Shown: piece by piece, positions 1 to 7,919 of the stretch
Position numbering within the stretch: the first letter of the stretch is position 1
Layout of the letters: each line of letters opens with the position of its first letter
Origin: an uncultured Oligoflexus sp.
GTDB taxonomy: Bacteria; Bdellovibrionota_B; Oligoflexia; Oligoflexales; Oligoflexaceae
Direction: 5' to 3'
DNA: 11,881 nt
Assembly: GCA_964236955.1 (NCBI GenBank)
Contig: CAXSGP010000038.1
Span: 1 to 11,881 of the forward strand
Program-made: the position numbers and the translations under genes
The notes under the pieces: model-generated
Database searches by the model: none
Seen by the model: only the letters and a program-made list of their open reading frames with translations
What the model was told of the DNA's origin: nothing

Positions 1-91
1 ACGAGTTTGCCTGTACTTTTCAATCACTTATCTCAAACGTCAACAGCCCCTAGTGACTCATGGCTTTAAGAGGCTTGGTGTGCAGTCCCGT

Positions 92-113
92 GCCGCATTC
101 CTGAGAATGCGGC
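92..113. terminator. Perfect 9-bp stem-loop downstream of the protease gene (possible terminator or 3' stabilising hairpin)
   Basis: GCCGCATTC-CTGA-GAATGCGGC lies about 40 nt past the minus-strand stop at 152. There is no U-tract on the minus strand, so it is not a textbook intrinsic terminator. Confidence 0.4.
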
Positions 114-151
114 TGGCCTTTAGCCTCGGCTCCTCTTGTCAATAAGCCGTA

Positions 152-1249
152 CTATTTGTTGTGGCCGACGATAAAGTCGAACTGACGACTTGCATTCTTT
201 GAATCACTGACTGTGAGTTTCAGGGCGTGATCATCGGCATCGTTAAAGCTTAAAAGGACGGATGTGCCTTCTGCCGTTTTGCCTTCATACTCCCACTTGT
301 ATGTATAAGTCATCAAAGACTTAGCTGGATTTTGAAGGATATTTTTCTGGCTGATGACGGTGTATTGAATAATTCCCGACGTCGTGAAAGCATCAAGGGT
401 TACGATCTCAGGAAGGGATCCGTCCTTTAAGAGGGCACTTTTTGATCCCGCGCTGTTCAACAAGACCGTCAGTGAGTTTTCGGTGTCATTGGGTTCCTCG
501 ACAACCGGGCCGCTTTGGTCGAAGGACTTAGCTTCAACCGATACCGCAGTTCTCATGATAGAAAGATCATTATCGATATGCCGCGCCCCAAGGGAGTGAG
601 CGATTTCATGAGCGATGGCATGAGTGAGTTCAATGCGCGCCGCCTCAGGGTCCTTGGCATCCTTCAGAACCTTTGAATAGATAAAAAGAATGTCATTGCC
701 AACACGATTGCCGAGATCCAAGGGTGCGATACCCAGTACTCCCGGTTTACCGGTGAAATTATCGCCACCGATATGCACATGCGAAAACATGCTCTCCACC
801 GGCCTGCTGAGCGAAAATTTGATGTCAACATCGGGAAAGAGAGCGACAAGATCCTGAACGATGGTGACTTTCAGGGCCTGACGGTCTTCGTTTGAACCTA
901 TATCGGCGGATGCGAATTCCGGGATTACGGTTTGATCGAGTCCGGCCTTTTTCACAATAAATGAATCCTCGCCCTTGACGGTCGCACCTTCGAAATCCAG
1001 CCAAAAAATGCCGTTAAAACGTCCCGAGCCGGCAAAGCCCTGATCGTTTAGGACAAAGGGTGGCAGCTCGGTGTCGCGCAGAGCAATGCGGTCGGTCTGT
1101 GGCCAGGGTATTCGTAGCGGGCCTTTTTGGGCAGCATCAGATCCGTTTGGAGTGACCTTATCGTCTGGCCTTGATGAACAGGTTGATGCCTGCAGGCCGA
1201 TGGTGAGGATGCTGCATAATACCGCTCGGGACCGACGTGAATTTTTCAT
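152..1249 (-). CDS. Secreted (possibly lipidated) metzincin-clan zinc metalloprotease with a C-terminal PKD/Ig-like domain
   Basis: 365 aa. HEIAHSLGARH (nt 578-610) matches HExxHxxGxxH and is followed by an SIM Met-turn. Basic N-terminus, hydrophobic stretch and a Cys (LQASTC) suggest a signal or lipoprotein peptide. The C-terminal YTYKWEY...LKLTVSD pattern is PKD-like. SD GAGGA is 7 nt before the ATG. Confidence 0.85.
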   Translation of the reverse strand: MKNSRRSRAVLCSILTIGLQASTCSSRPDDKVTPNGSDAAQKGPLRIPWPQTDRIALRDTELPPFVLNDQGFAGSGRFNGIFWLDFEGATVKGEDSFIVKKAGLDQTVIPEFASADIGSNEDRQALKVTIVQDLVALFPDVDIKFSLSRPVESMFSHVHIGGDNFTGKPGVLGIAPLDLGNRVGNDILFIYSKVLKDAKDPEAARIELTHAIAHEIAHSLGARHIDNDLSIMRTAVSVEAKSFDQSGPVVEEPNDTENSLTVLLNSAGSKSALLKDGSLPEIVTLDAFTTSGIIQYTVISQKNILQNPAKSLMTYTYKWEYEGKTAEGTSVLLSFNDADDHALKLTVSDSKNASRQFDFIVGHNK

Positions 1250-1914
1250 AGCTAAATCCTCAGGGCGAAGGCGTGAGACAAAGAACAGGCATATTCAGAA
1301 AATTGAAATACAGTGTCAGGTGAGTACGGGGCCCATGCGGTGCAAAACCTTGTCCCGATCAAGAAAGGACGGGGCAAGGGCTCCGCTATGATGACTGTCA
1401 AAAAGGTTAGGCATAGTGAGGACTTCAGTCAAGCCGTAATGTTAAGGAAAGAAGAACTTCCGAAATAAATGCCCTTTGGCAATAATTTCAGGCAGCAAAT
1501 GCGGCTCCGAGGTGAGTGGAATGGCTTCAATGCTGAAAAATTGGGGGAACCACGGTTGGCCGCCATTATCAGGAGAAAAACGACCCGATCGCATGCTGCT
1601 CCTTTTATCGATGCTTATCCTGACCATCCCCTCGTCAGCCTGATCCGATGTCCTTCCTATAGATTTTCACAAAATACATTGTTTTCCTCCCTTATTCCCG
1701 CCAGCTCCCCACGTCATCTCCACTTGCAGTCCATTGATATCCTTAATTATTTGTGCCGGCAACCGATGTTGGAGGGACTATCGCTTTCATCACCCAAAGA
1801 TTTAATGCTGAATGAATATGGCAAGTGCTGGGAAGAGAATGCCGAGGATCAAAAAGATATTGAGCTGTAGGCCGCCGCCGTTCGGCCTAGAAATCAGCAT
1901 AAGGCTATAGCAAG

Positions 1915-3540
1915 ATGTATGTTTTTCCGCTGGTAACGTCGCTGATAATTCTCACTATCCTGGCAATTTTCGTCCCGACCCGGCGCGAGAAAAAAGTTTT
2001 TCGTGCGCTTATCGGCCTTTGTCTTTGCGCGTTTTGGTGGCATGCATCGGTTGCGGTGCTTTTCCTATGCGAAGATCCCGAGCTAGCAGACATGGTTGGA
2101 AATTTCGCCCATATCGGCGTTCTCTACCTTCCTCTCGCCTATCGTCGCTTCTATCTGGAGCTTATCGGCGCCGAGGAATCGAACCGACGATATGATCGAC
2201 GCTACCAGCTCATCTATGGTATTTTCCTCGGATTATTATTCTTCACCGATACAATCACCAAAGGCGTTCGTCATTTCCCGTGGGGTTATTTTTCTAAAGC
2301 CGGAGTACTGCACCCTCTCTTTGTTATATTTGTATTTTACGTTGTGATCCGTTCGCTGATCGACAGCCTGAAAATGATCAAAGAGCTGAGGGATGGTGAA
2401 AAAAGAAAATCGATCCAATTTGGAGTGGCTTCCTGTCTGGTCTTCACCCTGGGTTCAGCTGATTTCCTCATCAATTATGGACTCACCTCCTTCTATCCCA
2501 TCGGCTTTGTCTCAAGCCTTTTCTTTGTGATCCTTAATGCCATTGGCATAGTCAAATATGATCTCTATCAGGGAGTCCATCTGGTGAGAGGCCTTCAGGA
2601 ACTAAACCATGACCTCCACGAGAATGTCGAAAGCAAAAGCGTTCGCCTCCAGGAAAAGGAAGATCTCATCGAAAGGATCTCGCAGCAGGTCTACGAATTG
2701 CGCATGAGGGACGATATCATTTCATCCTTTGTATCGCCGGCAGTGCGCCGCGAACTGGCGTTAGGCGAAAATCCACTCGAATACCAACCGAAAAAACTGC
2801 TCTTATCCATAGTGTTTATCGATATGAGAAACTTCGCCGAATTTGCGGAATCGCACGAACTTGAAGAAATTTTCTCGCTAATAAACAAGTACTTCGACTT
2901 TGTTAACCGATCCTTTTACGCGAATGGAGGCGAAGTTAATAAGTATATGGGTGATGGCGTCCTCGGTTTGTTCATTAATCCCGCCGACTGCCTGAAGGCG
3001 ATTTTCAGTTGTTTGTCTGAACTTGAGATCTTTAACAAGCTCAGGCGGGAGCAGTCCCGCCACGAGATCATCCTGGGGGTGGGTATCTCGTTTGGCGAAG
3101 TTTTGAGCGGAAATTTTGGATCCGAGACCAAACTCGAAAGGTCGGTGATCGGTGACGTGGTAAACATCGCCTCAAGGTTGGAACAGCTTACCAAGGACTA
3201 TGGCTGCCAAGTGATCGCTGATCATTCCTTTATCAAGCAGGTGACGAATTATCCCTTCGCTCGTCCAATAGGCATCGAATACCTCAAAGGAAAATCCAAG
3301 ACTGTCTTACTCTTTGAAATATTTGAACACGCCCAAATCAGTGAAATCAAATATAAGATGGCCTCAAAATGGGTTTTGCAAGAAGCCCTTCTGCAGCACA
3401 AGGAAGGCCGGTCCGCTGAAGCTTTAAAGACTTTGAATTCGTTTGCCTATGGGCAGAGCCGCAGCGATCCCGTTTTCAAAATCCTCCGCACTCTTTTTGA
3501 ACAATCCTCTGATATCAAAACTGACCAAAAAACGGCGTAG
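1915..3540 (+). CDS. Membrane-bound class III adenylate/guanylate cyclase with an N-terminal 7TM (HisKA_7TM-like) sensor
   Basis: 541 aa. Seven hydrophobic segments in the first ~215 aa, then a coiled-coil-like linker. Cyclase motifs FIDMRNF, VNKYMGDG, SVIGDVVNIASRLE and LKGK are present. Confidence 0.92.
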   Translation: MYVFPLVTSLIILTILAIFVPTRREKKVFRALIGLCLCAFWWHASVAVLFLCEDPELADMVGNFAHIGVLYLPLAYRRFYLELIGAEESNRRYDRRYQLIYGIFLGLLFFTDTITKGVRHFPWGYFSKAGVLHPLFVIFVFYVVIRSLIDSLKMIKELRDGEKRKSIQFGVASCLVFTLGSADFLINYGLTSFYPIGFVSSLFFVILNAIGIVKYDLYQGVHLVRGLQELNHDLHENVESKSVRLQEKEDLIERISQQVYELRMRDDIISSFVSPAVRRELALGENPLEYQPKKLLLSIVFIDMRNFAEFAESHELEEIFSLINKYFDFVNRSFYANGGEVNKYMGDGVLGLFINPADCLKAIFSCLSELEIFNKLRREQSRHEIILGVGISFGEVLSGNFGSETKLERSVIGDVVNIASRLEQLTKDYGCQVIADHSFIKQVTNYPFARPIGIEYLKGKSKTVLLFEIFEHAQISEIKYKMASKWVLQEALLQHKEGRSAEALKTLNSFAYGQSRSDPVFKILRTLFEQSSDIKTDQKTA

Positions 3541-3917
3541 ATTGAATTTTCCTTTTCGGCGCGGGATTCGCCACCAGAGATGGCTTCAAAGCTACGAAAA
3601 GGTATAGGCTTTGTAAAAATGCGATTAACTTTCTGATCTGCCCTTTCCAAAAATACATTCCTATCGTAAATTCATATTTATCGATTATCGTGTGAAGATG
3701 GCGAAGTTTTTATTGAGCGACTAGCGACTAAGGCCCTGCGGCCATGGCTCCTGCGGCAACGCGGATCGCTTCCACGCAGTCCTGAATAAGGCCAAACAAG
3801 CAGCCAAGTTTTGCCGATGGGAAAACTGTTCAAGTAAGGGCACTGATTGAAAGTAGGGGATTACAATGGCTATCCGCCCATTGTCCAGGCCTCAATATAA
3901 GTTACTTACGCCTCAGA

Positions 3918-3959
3918 AGCTCCTGTCTGTCCGGAAACAATTCCGGACTGACAGGAGCT
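3918..3959. repeat. 19-bp inverted repeat (one mismatch, 4-nt loop) upstream of the aldehyde dehydrogenase
   Basis: AGCTCCTGTCTGTCCGGAA-ACAA-TTCCGGACTGACAGGAGCT, read directly from the sequence. Confidence 0.9.
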
Positions 3960-4019
3960 AAATTCTCCCAATCGAAAGGTTTTCCTCATCAAACTCAACC
4001 ATGAATTCAGGAGTGACTG

Positions 4020-5339
4020 ATGCCTGCCAGCGTCAATAGCCTTGTGGAACAAGCCTGTAAAGCCCGCGCGATCCTTGCCGATATGAGTCAGTCTCAACTG
4101 AATCGAATCGCTGAGGCAATAGCGAATAAAGGCTTCGAACATGCGGAACGGCTGGCAAGAGCTGCCGTTTCAGAGACCGGAATGGGTCGAGTTGAGAGCA
4201 AAATCGCTAAGAATATCCTTGGCTCAAAGATCGTCTGGGACTCGATCAAAGATATTCCAACCACTGGCATTATCAAGAGAGACAAAGAACGTGGACTCAT
4301 GGAAATCGCAACGCCTAAAGGTATTATAGCGGCTATTTTACCCGTCACCAACCCAACGGCAACCGTCTTTTTCAAAAGCATTATTGCTCTGAAAGCGGGC
4401 AATCCTATTCTCTTTTCCCCTTCCCGACGGGCTCGGGACTGTTCGAGTTTGGCGGTTGAGCTCATCCAGGAAGCTGCCCGCGAAGCGGGATGTCCGGAAG
4501 GAGCTATAGGCATTATTGAAGGAAGCAAGGAGGAGGCCCTTGCCTTATTTGCTCACCGTGAGATCGGTACCATCCTCGCTACCGGTGGCCTTGCCATGGC
4601 CCGGGCAGCCTATTCATCGGGCAACCCCGCTCTTGGTGTCGGCGCCGCAAACGTCCCGGTCTATGTCCACAAATCGGCGAACCTAAGCGAAGCCGCTCAC
4701 GATATCATTGAAAGCCAGGGATTTGACTGGGGTCTGGTCTGCGCAAGCGAACAGAACTTGATCGTTGATGCCAGCATCCGTGACGGCTTGCTCAAAGAGT
4801 TGACGGATCAAGGGGCTTACCTCTGCAATCAAGCCGAGACCGACAGCCTTTCGGAATTGCTTGCGGTTCGAGAGGGACTGCATTCGGTGCTGGGTCAGCC
4901 GCCTGAAACCATCGCACGCCTTGCCGGCTTTACCGTTCCGACCCATACGACTCTTCTCTTGGCCTATTCGCGAGGAGTCGGTCCTGACTTTCCCATTTCG
5001 CAGGAAAAGCTCGCACCGATTCTGGGTATGTTTGAAGCCAAGGATGAAGCCGATGCTTTTGCAATTTGCCTGAAAATTCTTAACTATGACGGTCTTGGCC
5101 ACAGTGCTGCCATCCATGCCGGCGATCAGGATGTCATCGAGCGCTTTGCTCTCAGGATGCCAGGCTCGCGGATCCTGGTTAATACGCCCAGCTCGCTTGG
5201 TGGCGTCGGACAGTCGACCCACTTGATTCCATCACTGACGCTCGGCTGCGGCGCGATCGGCAAAAATGCTAGCTCATCCAACATCAGCGTTCGTGATCTG
5301 ATCGATATTCGACGCGTGGCGTTCGGGGTAAAGCGTTAA
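4020..5339 (+). CDS. CoA-acylating aldehyde dehydrogenase (EutE/PduP/AdhE N-terminal/SucD-like)
   Basis: 439 aa. Motifs ETGMGRVESKIAKN, PVTNPT, ATGG, GVGAANVP, catalytic CASEQ, EKLAP, GHSAAIH and LTLGCG. No fused Fe-ADH domain. SD AGGAG is 6 nt before the ATG. Confidence 0.92.
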   Translation: MPASVNSLVEQACKARAILADMSQSQLNRIAEAIANKGFEHAERLARAAVSETGMGRVESKIAKNILGSKIVWDSIKDIPTTGIIKRDKERGLMEIATPKGIIAAILPVTNPTATVFFKSIIALKAGNPILFSPSRRARDCSSLAVELIQEAAREAGCPEGAIGIIEGSKEEALALFAHREIGTILATGGLAMARAAYSSGNPALGVGAANVPVYVHKSANLSEAAHDIIESQGFDWGLVCASEQNLIVDASIRDGLLKELTDQGAYLCNQAETDSLSELLAVREGLHSVLGQPPETIARLAGFTVPTHTTLLLAYSRGVGPDFPISQEKLAPILGMFEAKDEADAFAICLKILNYDGLGHSAAIHAGDQDVIERFALRMPGSRILVNTPSSLGGVGQSTHLIPSLTLGCGAIGKNASSSNISVRDLIDIRRVAFGVKR

Positions 5340-5706
5340 CATAGTGATTTTCCCCTAGCCAGATGTCTTGAGACATCCGACCAGCATCGATCGTCGTTAA
5401 GCTGCTTCCCGGGGCCGAGTTTCCATCCATCTTTAACGATTTGTTCTGCCTCCAGGCGGTTATGAAATAAGTCTGGACAATGGATTAACAGCGTCAGGCG
5501 GCGGACCAGCGGATAGCTTCGTGATCGGTGCCATATCCATAAAGGGTATTGGCCTGGATCAAACGGTCTCGAGTTCCGAAGTTTTTTCTGTCGTTTCACG
5601 AAAGCTATTCCGGATGGTTGCTTTTGTTTCCTGCAATTTTACTTTTGGTAAAATTGAGTGATGCCGGAAACCGGATTCAAAATCCGCGGAGCCTTGTTAA
5701 AAGGAA

Positions 5707-6885
5707 TCACCTGGCTTCGTCAAAAAATGCCCGAATCGCATCTGCACGGGCCAGGGCATCATTGCGGCCAATGGCTACGAGCGATTGAGTATAGACGTGA
5801 TCAAATGCGAGATAACTCAAAAGGTCCGCTCCTGTCACACCGGAAGCTCCGAGACCTTTGAGAAAATAGCGTAGCACCAGGGGGAAACGATCAAACTGAT
5901 CGGCGGCGATAAGCCCGAGATCGACTGAAGGCATAAAAAGAAGGGTCGGTATGGGTTTTAACTTATAGTCCCGCGAGCGAATATCTTCAGGAATCAGGGC
6001 GACCGTATCGTTGATCCGCGTCAATCGCTCATAATCAAATTCCAGAGCATCCATGAACAATGAATTCATCAAGACCCCGGCGATATCCGCCAGTGCAATC
6101 GTTTTCATCTGTACTTTGCTTTGCAGTTCCAATACTTCGATTTTGCTGCGGGGGTGGCGAACTCCGATCGCGATCAGGCGATTGGCACCGAGATGAATCG
6201 CTGGACTCAGAGGACTTGACGATCGAATGCCGCCATCGCCGTAGTAACTCGTCCCGATGCGTACCGGTTTAAAAAAAATAGGAATCGAGGAAGAAGCGAG
6301 GATATGTTCCAGCCGCAGCGTGGCCTGAACGCCAATCCTTGCGGACCGCGACCAGCTTTTCACGTTGAGGGAATCGTAAAAGGTAACGCTTGTACCGGAG
6401 CCATAGCTGGTACAAGTAACCGATACCCCTTCCAGAATCTTCAGATTTATATTTCTCGTGATCTGATCGAAATCGATCCGTTCCTCCAAAAATCGCGCCA
6501 GCGGCATCGTATTGAGAAGATGAGTCGACCCCGGTTTACCAAAAATGCCACCGCTGCTCAGATCCCGAAACCATCCCAAACCAAGTTTCCCTAGCGTCAG
6601 AGGATCAGTTTTAATGACCTGGTCAGAGACGAGTTCACTCCACATCTGCAGGAGCAAACGCGTTTGATCGGCAAAGGTTCCACTGGCCGAGGCCAGATAG
6701 CTTGCGTTGATCGCACCCGCCGAGCAGCCGGTAATGATGGGAATGGGCTGCGACCCGTAATCGTTACCTATGACGTCAGAGATTCCACTGAGAACACCGG
6801 CTTGATAGGCACCTCGGGCGCCGCCGCCGCTGAGGACCAGGCCGATCTTCGGACGAACTCTGGGGGAGACTGGCTGAGAATTCAT
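5707..6885 (-). CDS. Patatin-like phospholipase (NTE/RssA-like)
   Basis: Oxyanion motif LSGGGARGAYQAG, nucleophile motif GCSAG (GxSxG) and catalytic DGG. ATG at 6885 is preferred over TTG at 6888 because SD AAGGA lies 6 nt upstream. Confidence 0.92.
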   Translation of the reverse strand: MNSQPVSPRVRPKIGLVLSGGGARGAYQAGVLSGISDVIGNDYGSQPIPIITGCSAGAINASYLASASGTFADQTRLLLQMWSELVSDQVIKTDPLTLGKLGLGWFRDLSSGGIFGKPGSTHLLNTMPLARFLEERIDFDQITRNINLKILEGVSVTCTSYGSGTSVTFYDSLNVKSWSRSARIGVQATLRLEHILASSSIPIFFKPVRIGTSYYGDGGIRSSSPLSPAIHLGANRLIAIGVRHPRSKIEVLELQSKVQMKTIALADIAGVLMNSLFMDALEFDYERLTRINDTVALIPEDIRSRDYKLKPIPTLLFMPSVDLGLIAADQFDRFPLVLRYFLKGLGASGVTGADLLSYLAFDHVYTQSLVAIGRNDALARADAIRAFFDEAR

Positions 6886-7070
6886 CAAGAGTCCTTTTGC
6901 GAAACGATATAAAAGCTAAAGATAAATCACCTGAAGTGGCAACGTCCACCTGGTTTTCGTGACCGGGGTGGAGAGCTGGGCGGGAAAGCCCCGGATGGAG
7001 CGGGTCTTGTTGATCGAGAGGAGACGAAATACAATGAAGGATCCAAGGTGCCTCGGGAGCAGGAGAAGAC

Positions 7071-7919
7071 ATGATAGGATCAAAGTTTTCCAGATTTATG
7101 ATAGGTGCAAAATTCGTGAGCTTCTTCTTGTCGCAAAGCGCGTTGGCCCAGGATAATGACGAAATGGAACCCGGAACCTTCAGCTCCGCTCCTGCCACTG
7201 AGGAAGCTCAGGAACCCGAGTCAGGGACCTCCGTTTTTGAATCGCCAAAGAAGACCTATGCCGCTCCCAACGAAGATCCAGGACCGGCTGTAGACGAGCG
7301 CTATAACGCGCTTGAAGACAGTCGCGGTGGATTTCTGGGCGATTTGCGCCTAGGGCCTGCGATACAGCTCGGCCTGCCCCATCCCGTCACCTATGGAGGG
7401 GAGGGTCTTTACGCAAAAATCGTCAGTTTTGGATTCTCCACGGGTTCGTATACCGTGACGCAGATCAGTAAAGCCCACATCGGGATCAGGAGCTGGGAGC
7501 TCTTTGCCCGTTGGCATCCCTTCGCTGATGCCTTTTTTCTCGGCGGAGCCTATGGCCACCAGGACATCAAAGGTCGCTTTGAAGACGATCTGAAGGTCAA
7601 GATCAGTGGCTTTCCAACGACAGTGCCGACCCGTGTTGATGCGGCGATCCATTCGAATTATGTGTCCCCTCGCCTCGGTTGGTTGACGGTCTATGATAGC
7701 GGTTTCACCCTGGGCTTTGAGATAGGGGCACAAATCCCCCTCAGCCCGGTCACCAGGGTCGACGCGACGATGCCGAGTATGAGCGCAAGTGCGGCAGCTC
7801 AGGTTAAGGCCACAAACGACTACAAGGACCTCAAAAAGAAGGCCGATGACGCCGTCAAACTCCTTGGCAAAAAAACTTTCCCCTATCTCACCCTGCTAAA
7901 AATGGGCTGGCTGTTCTAA
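7071..7919 (+). CDS. Putative outer-membrane beta-barrel protein
   Basis: 282 aa. Signal peptide ending SALA-Q, acidic Pro-rich N-terminal segment, alternating Gly/aromatic beta-strand pattern and a C-terminal Phe (LLKMGWLF, BAM-type signal). SD AGGAG is 5 nt before the ATG. Confidence 0.72.
   Translation: MIGSKFSRFMIGAKFVSFFLSQSALAQDNDEMEPGTFSSAPATEEAQEPESGTSVFESPKKTYAAPNEDPGPAVDERYNALEDSRGGFLGDLRLGPAIQLGLPHPVTYGGEGLYAKIVSFGFSTGSYTVTQISKAHIGIRSWELFARWHPFADAFFLGGAYGHQDIKGRFEDDLKVKISGFPTTVPTRVDAAIHSNYVSPRLGWLTVYDSGFTLGFEIGAQIPLSPVTRVDATMPSMSASAAAQVKATNDYKDLKKKADDAVKLLGKKTFPYLTLLKMGWLF

Noticed and set aside
81..95. Minus-strand CGGCACGGGACTGCA as a sigma54 promoter
   Set aside because: GG-to-GC spacing is 9 nt rather than the required 10.
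1757..1779. SAM-I-like words GGCAACC and GGAGGGACT
   Set aside because: They occur in the wrong order, and the P1 and remaining core elements are absent.
1469..1870. 133-aa ORF in the protease/cyclase intergenic region
   Set aside because: No clear SD, no recognisable motif and atypical composition; probably spurious, although it fills much of the gap.
1915..3540. Cyclase as a Pycsar (cCMP/cUMP) defence cyclase
   Set aside because: It retains the adenine-selecting Lys and Ser, has a sensory 7TM N-terminus, and has no adjacent cNMP-binding effector gene.
4020..5339. Bacterial microcompartment locus or split adhE
   Set aside because: No shell-protein or alcohol dehydrogenase reading frame flanks the gene, and it ends where stand-alone acylating ALDHs normally end.
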